A DNA stretch of 33,569 bases, from assembly GCA_011364975.1 (NCBI GenBank), contig RDOE01000035.1:1-33569 (forward strand), written 5' to 3'. The translations under genes were made by a program, and so were the position numbers. The stretch is from Promethearchaeota archaeon (lineage in GTDB: Archaea > Asgardarchaeota > Lokiarchaeia > Sigyniarchaeales > SOKP01). Under the pieces are notes generated by a model that made no database searches, was not told the DNA's origin, and saw only the letters and a program-made list of their open reading frames with translations. This document shows, one piece after another, positions 17,235-26,657 of this stretch (position 1 is the first letter of the stretch; every line of letters starts with the position of its first letter).

Positions 17235-18110
17235 TTATGATTTTTGAAGGTCAAAAGGATTTTCTAAAGGCTTTTCAATTCCAAGCTTTTTGGCAAATTT
17301 TAGGATGAATCTTCGCCTAGATTCTAAATTTAAATCTAAAATTATTAAAGTAGGCAAACAAAAAATTGATAGTAAGATGGGCATGATCCAAAGAGAAACA
17401 GCAGCAGAAATAAATCCACCATCAAGTGGATTATTAAATTCTCTCAAAATGTTGATAACATAGATTATATAGGAAACAACTACACCAATCCCTGCATACC
17501 CTTTTAAAAGGTAATGATACCAGCCTCCGATGCTTCTTACTTCAATTGGCTCAATTTTATCTCTAACTTTAGTTTTATTTGTAAATACAATCCCTGAATC
17601 TAGAAGAAACCAAACTGGAGAGAATAATCCCATTGAAATTCCACTCATTAATGGAAGTGATACTATAAAACCGATTAATGGCGCTAACCCTGGGTTGTTT
17701 GTTGCATAATCTGATCTTACAATCAGATCAATTCCAAATTGAGAAGTGCCAATCATTAATGCAAAATTTATAGCCATAAAAGCAGGGAAAATGCCCTTCC
17801 ATGTTTGCATAAAAATCTTTGGTTTTATTCTTGTTTGTATGCCAAAATCCATTTGTATTCCAATAGTTTTCTTATAGAATAAAAGAAATAATGGTCCCAA
17901 AAAATATCCAGTAAATAATCCACCAATCAAAGTAGTTATAGGAATTAAAATAAAAATAAATGTAGCTTGGAGCATCATGTTATTAGTTGGTAATAGATTC
18001 GTAAACCCAGGTTCGTTCACTATGAGAGAAAATAGACCAAATGACAAAACTGCTAGAAGAAATAGAACTAAAAATAACACTATTTGTTTTTTATAACGTG
18101 AATTTACCAT
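17235..18110 (-). CDS. Hypothetical multi-pass membrane protein
   Basis: 291-aa ORF with about 6 hydrophobic segments; no family recognised. Confidence 0.7.
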   Translation of the reverse strand: MVNSRYKKQIVLFLVLFLLAVLSFGLFSLIVNEPGFTNLLPTNNMMLQATFIFILIPITTLIGGLFTGYFLGPLFLLFYKKTIGIQMDFGIQTRIKPKIFMQTWKGIFPAFMAINFALMIGTSQFGIDLIVRSDYATNNPGLAPLIGFIVSLPLMSGISMGLFSPVWFLLDSGIVFTNKTKVRDKIEPIEVRSIGGWYHYLLKGYAGIGVVVSYIIYVINILREFNNPLDGGFISAAVSLWIMPILLSIFCLPTLIILDLNLESRRRFILKFAKKLGIEKPLENPFDLQKS

Positions 18111-18197
18111 AATATCCCATTATATAGAAAATTATATGTTTATAATACTAAGACGTAATTATATTTAATAAAATTATATATTTAGTTTGTTAGTCGG

Positions 18198-19718
18198 TTA
18201 TATAACCGATTTTCCCACTACAGATTTGTCAGATTTTACTCCTAATAATTCTAATAATGATGGAACCATATCTGTTGTTTTACAATAACTTAGTTCTTTT
18301 TGAGGGATATTTGAGGACCCTCCAATAATAAATGGAACAACCATCGAAGATCTAGTTCCAATATCATGAGAATATGGGGATGAACCCATAGTTTTACCAT
18401 GTTCATAATTAAAACTATATTCCCCCAAAGTGGAAATAATAATATCACAGGAACGTGGATTTTTAAAATATCGAGGGAGTTGGTCTATTATTATTGGGAA
18501 ATCAATTTCATTAGTAGCATTTAGCCATTCATCAATTGTAAATTTTCCGTTATTAACTAATTTCGCAGATTTTTCATGATGCTCATAACCATAAACATCC
18601 AAATTTTCATAGATATATCGCGATTTTTGTTCCTTTCCAGCACCTTCATATTCAATTTTGGCATTTAAAATTTTTCCTGATTTTTCCTCTAATCGTTTAA
18701 TATGGATGATTCCTTTGTTCGGGTCATTATTATCGTCTCTGTAATACATATACTTCACTCCAGAAATCTTCCATAGCTCGTTAAAAACATTAATTTGAAT
18801 TTTTTTAGGACCACTACTATGTAAATTTTCAAGTTGAGTAATTGTCGGATGATGATACCATGTTTCTCCAGGGAAGTTAAAAAATCCTAGTGAGCCAATA
18901 TTGGCATCAAAATCGCCCTTTCCTGTATCAGGATTATAAGGAATTAATCCAAGTTTATTAAAAAATGGTTTTAAATCAATAACATTTTTCGCTTTATAGT
19001 TCCCGTGATCTGTAATTATTCCAATAGCAGTCTCATCATAATAACCTAACTGTTTAAGAGTTTTCATTAAAGAACCAATATATTTATCACATTCAATAAT
19101 TAAATTTTGAAAATCAGGATGATCAAATCCTTTTGCATGCATTATATCATCTGTATGAGAGACATAGCCTACTGTAATTTTGGGGACCTCCTTATTTGGG
19201 AAAAAAGAGCCAGGATTTCTAAAAGCATTTTCGATATTTTTAAATATGGGTGCTACATCAAAGAAGTTTTCAGCAAGAGCGAAAAAATTAGCACCTCGAT
19301 ATAAAAAACTCGTTGCACTTAAAAAGTTCCCCTCATTAGCTTGTTCAAAAATAGTTTTAACATTAGATCCAATATCTCTATTAATTTTAAGTAATTGGGC
19401 TCTATCACCATAATTTCGAATAAAGGGAGGCTTTTTTTTCTCCTTTGGCGGATCGGTTCTATCAAGCCAATGATAAAGTGGAACACCATTACCTTCTTTA
19501 GGAAAATAACCAGAATATGATCCTGTAATAATATTGCCATAACAAGGAAAAGTTATGGCTGGGTATGAAGTTATACAATTAGTACATTTAATTCCATTAT
19601 TCGCAATAATACTAATATTAGGTAACTTACCTTCGTTTATAAGATTAAAAAGCTGAGACGCTCGAATATCATCAAATATTATTAATATTACTTGATTTAC
19701 TTTTCTATCATGTACCAT
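18198..19718 (-). CDS. Alkaline phosphatase superfamily protein (nucleotide pyrophosphatase/phosphodiesterase type)
   Basis: N-terminal IIFD, P.ITFP (Thr nucleophile), TDDIMH, ITDHG, late HD and TTDMVPS motifs. Confidence 0.85.
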   Translation of the reverse strand: MVHDRKVNQVILIIFDDIRASQLFNLINEGKLPNISIIANNGIKCTNCITSYPAITFPCYGNIITGSYSGYFPKEGNGVPLYHWLDRTDPPKEKKKPPFIRNYGDRAQLLKINRDIGSNVKTIFEQANEGNFLSATSFLYRGANFFALAENFFDVAPIFKNIENAFRNPGSFFPNKEVPKITVGYVSHTDDIMHAKGFDHPDFQNLIIECDKYIGSLMKTLKQLGYYDETAIGIITDHGNYKAKNVIDLKPFFNKLGLIPYNPDTGKGDFDANIGSLGFFNFPGETWYHHPTITQLENLHSSGPKKIQINVFNELWKISGVKYMYYRDDNNDPNKGIIHIKRLEEKSGKILNAKIEYEGAGKEQKSRYIYENLDVYGYEHHEKSAKLVNNGKFTIDEWLNATNEIDFPIIIDQLPRYFKNPRSCDIIISTLGEYSFNYEHGKTMGSSPYSHDIGTRSSMVVPFIIGGSSNIPQKELSYCKTTDMVPSLLELLGVKSDKSVVGKSVI

Positions 19719-19858
19719 ATATACAATCTATTATTTTTTACATATTAATTTTATCAGAAGGATGAAATTTATTATTCTTTTATGAGTTTGATGAAATTAT
19801 ATCTTCTTATATTTTCCTAACATAAAGTTTTTGTTCTATTAAATATTCAATATTTCAA

Positions 19859-20959
19859 ATGAGTGAGTCTTCAGAACGTAATTTTATTGTAGGAATTTTT
19901 GGGGAAAATTTAGAAATAAATAATCGTATTGGACAAGCGATCGGATCCCCTGGAACTAAATCGGATATCCAATTTTATAATAGACTTGACTCAGAGTTAA
20001 ATCAGATTTTTTGTGCTTTAACTCCATTAGATTATCCAGATAAAATCAAATCGTTTCTTCAATCTCTAACTTTAACAAATATTCATCTTTTAATTGTTGA
20101 TTTAAATTTAGGTTTAAATGCTGTATTAGGAGAGATGATTATAGCTCTTGATTTATTTCACCAATTATATAATACTGAAATTTTAGTTGTACTTGATGGA
20201 ATAGATTCTAAAAATGAATGGAAATTGCCAGAATTAAAGAAGAGACTTTCACATATTCTTGGAACAACTAGTTTGAAAAACAGTGAATTATTTGAAATAA
20301 GGGAAAAAGAAGATTATCACCTAATGAAACGTAAAATCATTGAGCTAGGTTTAAAAGTCTTAGGAAAAGAACCTCAAGATGATAATCACACAAAAATTTT
20401 AATCGATCATGCTTTTCCAGTTAAAGGAATAGGGACTGTAATTTTAGGGATTGTAAAAGAAGGAAAGGTAAATGCTGGACAGATGTTAGATTTATCTGGT
20501 TATGATGGACCGAGTAAGAAGGTTATTATCCGGAGCATTCAAAAACATGATAGAGATTTTAAAACAGCTTTTCAAGGAGATAGGGTTGGACTTGCCTTGA
20601 AAGGAAATATATCACCAAAAGAAATAAGCAGAGATAATTTTTTAATATCTCATGGAATTTATAAACCTGAAACAGATATTAAAGCCAAGGTCTACATTAA
20701 TGACTTCTTTAAACCTAAAGATAATTATATCAAACCTGGAAATGGCATACAGTATAATGCTTTAGTAAATGTTAAGTTATCTCCTGTTAAGTTTATATCA
20801 GGTGAAGATCTTTACCCTGGAAAAAATGGAGAGGTAATTTTGAAATTTGATAAATATTTATATCACAATGGTGCTGGTCTAAAAGGAATTATAACTGATC
20901 TTAATAAGTTTGAAAACAAACTTAGAATAATTGGTTATTTCACCCAAATTCTCAACTAA
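19859..20959 (+). CDS. SelB/EF-Tu-like protein with degenerate G domain (archaeal SelB-like, SelBL)
   Basis: Domain II motifs IDHAFPVKGIGTVILG, RSIQKHD, GDRVGLALKG; N-terminus G..GT.SDI..Y and YPDKI; no GxxxxGKT/DxxG/NKxD. Confidence 0.82.
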   Translation: MSESSERNFIVGIFGENLEINNRIGQAIGSPGTKSDIQFYNRLDSELNQIFCALTPLDYPDKIKSFLQSLTLTNIHLLIVDLNLGLNAVLGEMIIALDLFHQLYNTEILVVLDGIDSKNEWKLPELKKRLSHILGTTSLKNSELFEIREKEDYHLMKRKIIELGLKVLGKEPQDDNHTKILIDHAFPVKGIGTVILGIVKEGKVNAGQMLDLSGYDGPSKKVIIRSIQKHDRDFKTAFQGDRVGLALKGNISPKEISRDNFLISHGIYKPETDIKAKVYINDFFKPKDNYIKPGNGIQYNALVNVKLSPVKFISGEDLYPGKNGEVILKFDKYLYHNGAGLKGIITDLNKFENKLRIIGYFTQILN

Positions 20960-20999
20960 AAATTTAAATAAGTCTTTAAGGCTTATTATAAGCAATAGA

Positions 21000-22217
21000 A
21001 TGAAGATTGAAGAACCTATTATCTATTTTAAATCTTCTGAAAATATGGATGAGTTGAATGATAATTCAATTCAGCTTATAATAACATCACCTCCATACGG
21101 TAAAATTAAAGATTATGGAAATCATAATCAAATAGGGTTTTCTGATTCATTTGATATATATTTCAAAAGACTCCAACAAGTCTGGAAAGAATGTTATCGT
21201 GTATTAGAGCCACATTGTCGTATGGTTGTTAATATAGGAGATCAATATTTAAGGACAGCAAAATTTGGGCGTTATCGAATCATATCAATTGCGAGTCAAA
21301 TTATTAACGATTGTTGTAATATTGGGTTTGATTTCTTAGGTGATATTATCTGGCAGAAAGTAAGTACTACAAATACCACTGGCGGTTGTTCATTCATGGG
21401 TTCTATTTTTTATCCTCGAAATGGATTATTAACTTATGATTATGAACATATATTAATTTTTAAAAAATATAAAGGAAAAAATAAGCGAATTACTGAATTA
21501 AGATGGAAAGAATTATCAAAAATTTCATTATGCGAATGGAAGAAATGGTTTGTTGGTCATTGGAAAATACCAGGCGTTCTACAAAAGGAACACATCGCGA
21601 TGTTTCCGGATGAAATTCCTTATAGAATTATTAGAATGTTTTCTTTTATTGGTGATAGGGTTTTAGATCCATTTCTTGGATCAGGAACCTCATTAAAAGT
21701 CGCAAAATCACTACTACGTAAAGGGATTGGATATGAAGTTAATCCAGAATTTAAGCAAACCATAGATAATAAAATAAAGCAAGCGAAGTTAGGTTACTTT
21801 GAAGACTATCAATTCTTATCATATATTATTTTTATTAAAGCTCAAGAACAAGGTTATGAAATAAATTTTAATTCTCAAAAGCAGAAAAGTATAATCATAT
21901 TAAAAGATAAATTTAGAAATGAAATTTTAATTGATTACTTATTAATTGATGAGGATTCTATACATAAAGAATCGCTAATAAATGAATTAGGTGCAAAATT
22001 TGAAGAAAATACCTTTAAAAATTATCTAAATGAATTGCCAAAATGGGAAACTTATCAACATTATATTATTATAATTAACGCCAAACCAAAAATCAAAGAA
22101 TTTAAATCCGTAATAGATGAGATGGTAAAATCCTTAAGCTTAAAAAAACCGGTTTCCATTTTATTTATGCAATCTGTAATTTCTGAAACCTTTCAGTTAG
22201 CAGATTTTTTTATATAA
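21000..22217 (+). CDS. Site-specific DNA methyltransferase, N4-C/N6-A beta class, with C-terminal extension (ORF track starts at TTG 20931; ATG 21000 more likely)
   Basis: Motif IV ITSPPY precedes motif I VLDPFLGSGT; IIWQK, YEHILIF, H.AMFP, GIGYE. Confidence 0.88.
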   Translation: MKIEEPIIYFKSSENMDELNDNSIQLIITSPPYGKIKDYGNHNQIGFSDSFDIYFKRLQQVWKECYRVLEPHCRMVVNIGDQYLRTAKFGRYRIISIASQIINDCCNIGFDFLGDIIWQKVSTTNTTGGCSFMGSIFYPRNGLLTYDYEHILIFKKYKGKNKRITELRWKELSKISLCEWKKWFVGHWKIPGVLQKEHIAMFPDEIPYRIIRMFSFIGDRVLDPFLGSGTSLKVAKSLLRKGIGYEVNPEFKQTIDNKIKQAKLGYFEDYQFLSYIIFIKAQEQGYEINFNSQKQKSIIILKDKFRNEILIDYLLIDEDSIHKESLINELGAKFEENTFKNYLNELPKWETYQHYIIIINAKPKIKEFKSVIDEMVKSLSLKKPVSILFMQSVISETFQLADFFI

Positions 22218-22238
22218 TGTCTTTTGTTATTAAAATAA

Positions 22239-22323
22239 TGCGGGAAGGGAGATTCGAACTCCCGAACCCCTACGGGACTGGATTCTGAGTCCAGCGCCTT
22301 TGTCCAGACTTGGCAATTCCCGC
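22239..22323 (-). tRNA. tRNA-Leu(CAG): tRNA-Leu, anticodon CAG, no intron, CCA not encoded
   Basis: Minus strand GCGGGAA TT GCCAAGTCTGGACAAAGGC G CTGGA CTCAGAA TCCAG TCCCGTAGGGGTTC GGGAG TTCGAAT CTCCC TTCCCGC A. Full cloverleaf, long variable arm with GTAG loop, A73 discriminator. Confidence 0.96.
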
Positions 22324-22515
22324 GAGTAATTAAAAAAATATTAGAATGGGTTTTGAAATAAATAAGATGGGAAAAATAATTTCACGATATTTTTATATCT
22401 TATTACAAAATCTAATAAAATCACTTTTATCAACGTTCTTAACAATAAAAAGCTAAAATTCAAATAACTTTTTAATTTATTGAAAAGAAAACAAATCTAA
22501 AAATATTCACATCCA

Positions 22516-23310
22516 ATGCCCTCACTAAAAATAAATAACTTTAACATTTTCTATGAAATTCATGGACAAGGGTATCCTTTAGTTATGATACTTGGATTAG
22601 GAGCAAATATTAATTGGTGGGGTAAATATTTTTTAAAAGAATTAGCAAAAGAATTCACCATCATTATTTATGATAATCGGGGAACTGGAAAATCACAAGA
22701 TCCAGATGAAGATTTTACTATTAAAATACTTGCTGAGGATGTAAAATTTTTAATCGAAAAATTAGGACTTAAACAAGTTAATGTGTTTGGGCACTCTATG
22801 GGAGGAAGTATTGCCCAAGAATTAGCATTAAACTATAACTTAGTTAAAAAGCTTGTATTATGTTCTTCTTCTTGTGGCGGGAAAATGTCTATAACCCCTT
22901 CAAGAGAAGTATTAAATATAGTAGAAAGATCCCGGAAAGGAAGGATGGTAGAAGAGATTGCTAAAGATAATTTATTTCTTTTCTTTTCTGAGGAATTTTT
23001 GTCTAAGAATCCAAAATTAATTGAATATGCTATAATAAATATGTCAGAGAGCCCAATTTCCGGCAAAAATTATATTAGGCAACAAAATGCTATAAACCAT
23101 TTTAATACTTGTAATAGATTACCACAGTTAGAAATTGAGACCCTCATAATCCACGGAAAAAAAGATATTTTAGTTCCTCCTGAGAACAGCAAGATTCTAA
23201 ATGAGCTTATTCCTAATTCGAAATTAAGATTTTTTGAAAAAAGCGCTCATGCTCCGTTCACAGAAGAACCAAATGAAGTACTAAAGACATTAATTGAATT
23301 TTTAAAATAA
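22516..23310 (+). CDS. Alpha/beta-fold hydrolase
   Basis: DNRGTGKS, GHSMGG nucleophile elbow, HG.KD..VP, terminal H. Confidence 0.92.
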   Translation: MPSLKINNFNIFYEIHGQGYPLVMILGLGANINWWGKYFLKELAKEFTIIIYDNRGTGKSQDPDEDFTIKILAEDVKFLIEKLGLKQVNVFGHSMGGSIAQELALNYNLVKKLVLCSSSCGGKMSITPSREVLNIVERSRKGRMVEEIAKDNLFLFFSEEFLSKNPKLIEYAIINMSESPISGKNYIRQQNAINHFNTCNRLPQLEIETLIIHGKKDILVPPENSKILNELIPNSKLRFFEKSAHAPFTEEPNEVLKTLIEFLK

Positions 23311-23405
23311 TCTCTGGTCATGCAATCTATTTTTAAATCAGTAACAATAATATTATATTAATAGAACCAATTTAGTTATAAATAAAACAAATAACCCTCA
23401 ATAAA

Positions 23406-24140
23406 ATGCCAAATAATGAACCCCCAGATAAGAAAAAAGCACCAAAAAGAGAAGAGCTACATATTACAGTATATCAATTCAACGATCAAATTGGAGATTT
23501 TGAAGAATTAATAATTGATCCCGACGTTGCATTATCTGATTTATTAGATGATGATTTTATACTACTTTTTGTTGATCCTCAGCATTATAGAGTTTGGTTA
23601 TGGCATGGTTTTAATACTACTACTAGAATGAAGTTTATCGCTGCCAAAATGGCAGCTCCAATAAGAGATAGGCATGGAATTGCCTTTAAGATCACAGCCG
23701 TGGATCAGGATAATGAATCCCATGCTTTTAAAGTAATGATAGGTTTAGAGGAGGCTATAGATTATGAAACCTCTCAAACAGGTCCAACTTATGAAGGAAC
23801 AGAAAAAGATCTTGAATTACTTGAGGAATTATCAAGAGAGAAAATATTATATATTCTTGAAAAAACAGATATCCCCGAGGGTTATGAAAGAAAGATGGTT
23901 ATCGTTAAAAATAAAATCTATGGATACAGAGAATATGAAAGGAATTATTTAGGTTCTGTAATAAAAGAAAAGAAATTATTTCCTCTAAAGGAGGAAATTG
24001 AAGATGGTACATATCTCGCAGAAGAATATATCCCTCGAATGCTTTTTTCTTACAACAACGTTGTACTTACAGAATTACTACAGAAGGTAGAAATTGACGA
24101 CAGTATTAAGAAAGAGCCTCTTAAAGGAGTAAATGTTTAA
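23406..24140 (+). CDS. Asgard gelsolin-domain protein with C-terminal domain X (1DGelX-like)
   Basis: L..DFILLFVD...VWLWHG..T..RMKFIAA..A..IR.....KI..VDQ.NE...F fits a gelsolin repeat; C-terminal LE...PEGYER.MVIV...YIPR fits my recollection of Asgard domain X. Confidence 0.72.
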   Translation: MPNNEPPDKKKAPKREELHITVYQFNDQIGDFEELIIDPDVALSDLLDDDFILLFVDPQHYRVWLWHGFNTTTRMKFIAAKMAAPIRDRHGIAFKITAVDQDNESHAFKVMIGLEEAIDYETSQTGPTYEGTEKDLELLEELSREKILYILEKTDIPEGYERKMVIVKNKIYGYREYERNYLGSVIKEKKLFPLKEEIEDGTYLAEEYIPRMLFSYNNVVLTELLQKVEIDDSIKKEPLKGVNV

Positions 24141-24141
24141 A

Positions 24142-24294
24142 ATGACACCACCAAATCGTAATAAATATCAAAAAGGAAGAACCTATTCTTCTAAAAAGGA
24201 AAGAAGGAGAACAACATTTGCACTCCTAATAATTTCATTATTTGCGATTTCAATTATTGCAAGCGTTATCATCACAATTTATTCGATGCCATAA
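24142..24294 (+). CDS. Small 50-aa protein with basic N-terminus and one C-terminal TM helix (not in the ORF track)
   Basis: MTPPNRNKYQKGRTYSSKKERRRTTFALLIISLFAISIIASVIITIYSMP*; ATG one base after the GelX stop, AGGAG upstream, fills the gap before the DedA gene. Confidence 0.65.
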   Translation: MTPPNRNKYQKGRTYSSKKERRRTTFALLIISLFAISIIASVIITIYSMP

Positions 24295-24365
24295 AATTTT
24301 ACAATGTTAATAATTAAAATTATGTATTTTCACTCAAATTAACGTAATAATCATTCTCTATTCTC

Positions 24366-25085
24366 ATGCGGATTAAAAGAATTGATTTAATTTTCATGAT
24401 TATTATGGTTATTATTACTATAATCTCCATAGATTTCATAATTAATGAATCTCATAGAGAAATCATCGAAAATATTTCACGTTTCCCTCCTTTTCAAGAC
24501 TTAGCTTTAGGACTCTTAATTACATTTCTTGTTTGCTTAATGGGAAATTTAATTCCTTTTCCAACACCCTATACATTCGTACTGTGTTATAGCAGCCTTC
24601 CATTTTTGAATTTAAATTTTTTTATTCCCTTCATAATAGCTTTGATAGCTAGTTTAGGAAGTCTAATTGGAGAATTAGGAGGATATTTTTTAGGAATGGG
24701 TATTTCCGAATTAATTTCTGACGAGACATACCTAAATTTAAAAAATTATCAACAATATCTTGTTAATCATCCAAGATTAGCACCTATATTGATTTTTATT
24801 TTTGGGTTAACACCATTAAATGATGATTTAATAACAGTTCCTTTAGGGATAATAAGATATAGCTTAAAAAAAACCATTTTTTGGTGTTGGTTAGGAAAAT
24901 TAGGTTTAATGTTAATTTTTTCTTACAATTTGATAAATATATGTTCCCTATTAGGCGGTGAAAATTGGATATTAAGTATTATAACCCTTTATTTATTAGC
25001 TATCTTTATGTATCTATTAATTAAAATCGATATTCTTGAATATCTTAAGAAAAAATTCAGATTCAAATCTAAGAAGAATCTTTAA
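24366..25085 (+). CDS. DedA/VTT-domain (SNARE-associated) membrane protein
   Basis: N.IPFPTPY, LGSLIGEL.GY.LG, FGLTPLNDD..VPLG..RY......W.GK pattern. Confidence 0.82.
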   Translation: MRIKRIDLIFMIIMVIITIISIDFIINESHREIIENISRFPPFQDLALGLLITFLVCLMGNLIPFPTPYTFVLCYSSLPFLNLNFFIPFIIALIASLGSLIGELGGYFLGMGISELISDETYLNLKNYQQYLVNHPRLAPILIFIFGLTPLNDDLITVPLGIIRYSLKKTIFWCWLGKLGLMLIFSYNLINICSLLGGENWILSIITLYLLAIFMYLLIKIDILEYLKKKFRFKSKKNL

Positions 25086-25112
25086 TAATCATCTATTGGT
25101 AGCTAATATAAC

Positions 25113-26648
25113 TTACTTTTGTTCTTTAATTTCAATACCATCTGGTAAAGTTACACTATCAACCATCATACCTTCAGCTTTCCGATAATCATCGAAAGTT
25201 CTCGCTCCAACTTGTTTCATATATTTAAGTAGTGTATTTTCCACATCTTTATCAATGGTAGTAGGTTGATGCTCTTTAAGAATCTGATCAACTTTCTCAC
25301 GAGCTCGTTCTATGATATCCTTTCCCCCTTTCTTAAACCAAGAAGAACGTCTGGCTCTATCGGCTAATCTAGGCATATACAATTCTGATTTCATATACTT
25401 CCGAGTATGACTCTCTGCGAGAAAATTAACTCCTTTAATATCACTCGTTGCTACTTTCTTAATTATATCGAAACCGATCGTATCTTCATTAACTTTTATC
25501 CCTTCTAAGGCTCTTTTTACCATCCCTGCTAAATCATCATCTATAACAAGTAGCTCTAATGCTTCTACTAAAGTGGCTTCATATGTACCTGCGCATGTAA
25601 TATAATTTACTCCCGCTTGAGCTGCTAGCATTAGAGTTTGAAGGCGTTCATATCCATTCTGTAAATCCAAAACTTTAGAATCAGTACCACCTCCCGGACC
25701 CCTTGATGGAATATTATAAAACCGGGCTAGTTGTGCTATCCCTGCCGTAATAAGCCCCATTTCCACAGATCCCATAGCAGAGTTACCTGTTCGCATATCA
25801 GTTATATGTGACACAGTCCCAAAGAATACAGGCGCTCCAGGATTAAGAATCTGCGACAAGACAACACTTCCAATGATTTCCGCATTTGTTTGAGTAATTA
25901 AGCCTGCTAGAGTCACAGGAGCAGAGGCTCCTGCTAGTGCTTCTGGAGCAATTATAGTCGGTTGCTTATATTTGGTAAAAATTGAAAATCCATTTGTCAT
26001 TAATTGCGGAAGATGAAGTGGACTTGTAGGATTCATAAAACCAACAAATCGTGGGTTCTTAATTAATTCATCATCCCCTCCTACTATAATAGAGGCCATA
26101 TTCATCATATCCTGGGAAGCTAATCGTCCAAGACATCCCAAACCATAAGGTTTTTTTGTGTTTTTAACCCATTGATAGATACATTGGGCGTGAATAGTTA
26201 TATATGAAACGTCATTAGGCCATACATCGATATGAGAACAAACAATATTTTCTAAACTATCAACAATTTTAATCTGCTGAATAGTATCAGATAATAATGT
26301 TTTACGAACACCTGCTTTTTTACTTTCATCTTTTATTTTTACAGGAGTCCCAATAGTAGCAAATTGGGTGCTAGTTGTATTCACTTCAAATTTAAACGTA
26401 CCGTCTGGTCCATACAGATTAAATGAATTAGGTGTAGATTTTATTTTTTCTTTAACAAGAGATTCAGGAAATCTAACAAAATGCGTTTCTTCATCGACAA
26501 TAGCACCATAATCTCTTAAAAGGGCTCTAGTATCTTGAGCATCTATTTTCAATCCTACATTAGCTAATAATTGCATAGAAGTTGAATGAATTAATTCTAA
26601 CTCGTCTTTAGAAAAAACTTCCAGATAATTTAATTTCAATTTATGCAC
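25113..26648 (-). CDS. mttB: MttB-superfamily corrinoid methyltransferase, pyrrolysine-free (paralog 1)
   Basis: IH..S..LL..VG, NPTSPL, AGASAPVTLAG...QTNAE, PGAPVF, D.RTG, QLARFYNIPSR, TDSK..D.Q.GYE, LVIDDD; no in-frame TAG; GTG start. Confidence 0.92.
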   Translation of the reverse strand: MHKLKLNYLEVFSKDELELIHSTSMQLLANVGLKIDAQDTRALLRDYGAIVDEETHFVRFPESLVKEKIKSTPNSFNLYGPDGTFKFEVNTTSTQFATIGTPVKIKDESKKAGVRKTLLSDTIQQIKIVDSLENIVCSHIDVWPNDVSYITIHAQCIYQWVKNTKKPYGLGCLGRLASQDMMNMASIIVGGDDELIKNPRFVGFMNPTSPLHLPQLMTNGFSIFTKYKQPTIIAPEALAGASAPVTLAGLITQTNAEIIGSVVLSQILNPGAPVFFGTVSHITDMRTGNSAMGSVEMGLITAGIAQLARFYNIPSRGPGGGTDSKVLDLQNGYERLQTLMLAAQAGVNYITCAGTYEATLVEALELLVIDDDLAGMVKRALEGIKVNEDTIGFDIIKKVATSDIKGVNFLAESHTRKYMKSELYMPRLADRARRSSWFKKGGKDIIERAREKVDQILKEHQPTTIDKDVENTLLKYMKQVGARTFDDYRKAEGMMVDSVTLPDGIEIKEQK

Positions 26649-26657
26649 TCCGTAGCT

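Noticed and set aside
20931-20999. N-terminal extension of the methyltransferase from TTG 20931
   Set aside because: It overlaps the SelB-like gene; ATG 21000 gives a normal N-terminus just before the MTase core.
19859-22323. Selenocysteine machinery (SelB plus tRNA-Sec)
   Set aside because: The protein lacks GTPase motifs and domain IV. The tRNA loop CUCAGAA reads CAG after U33, with a 7-bp acceptor stem and A73, so it is Leu, not UCA Sec.
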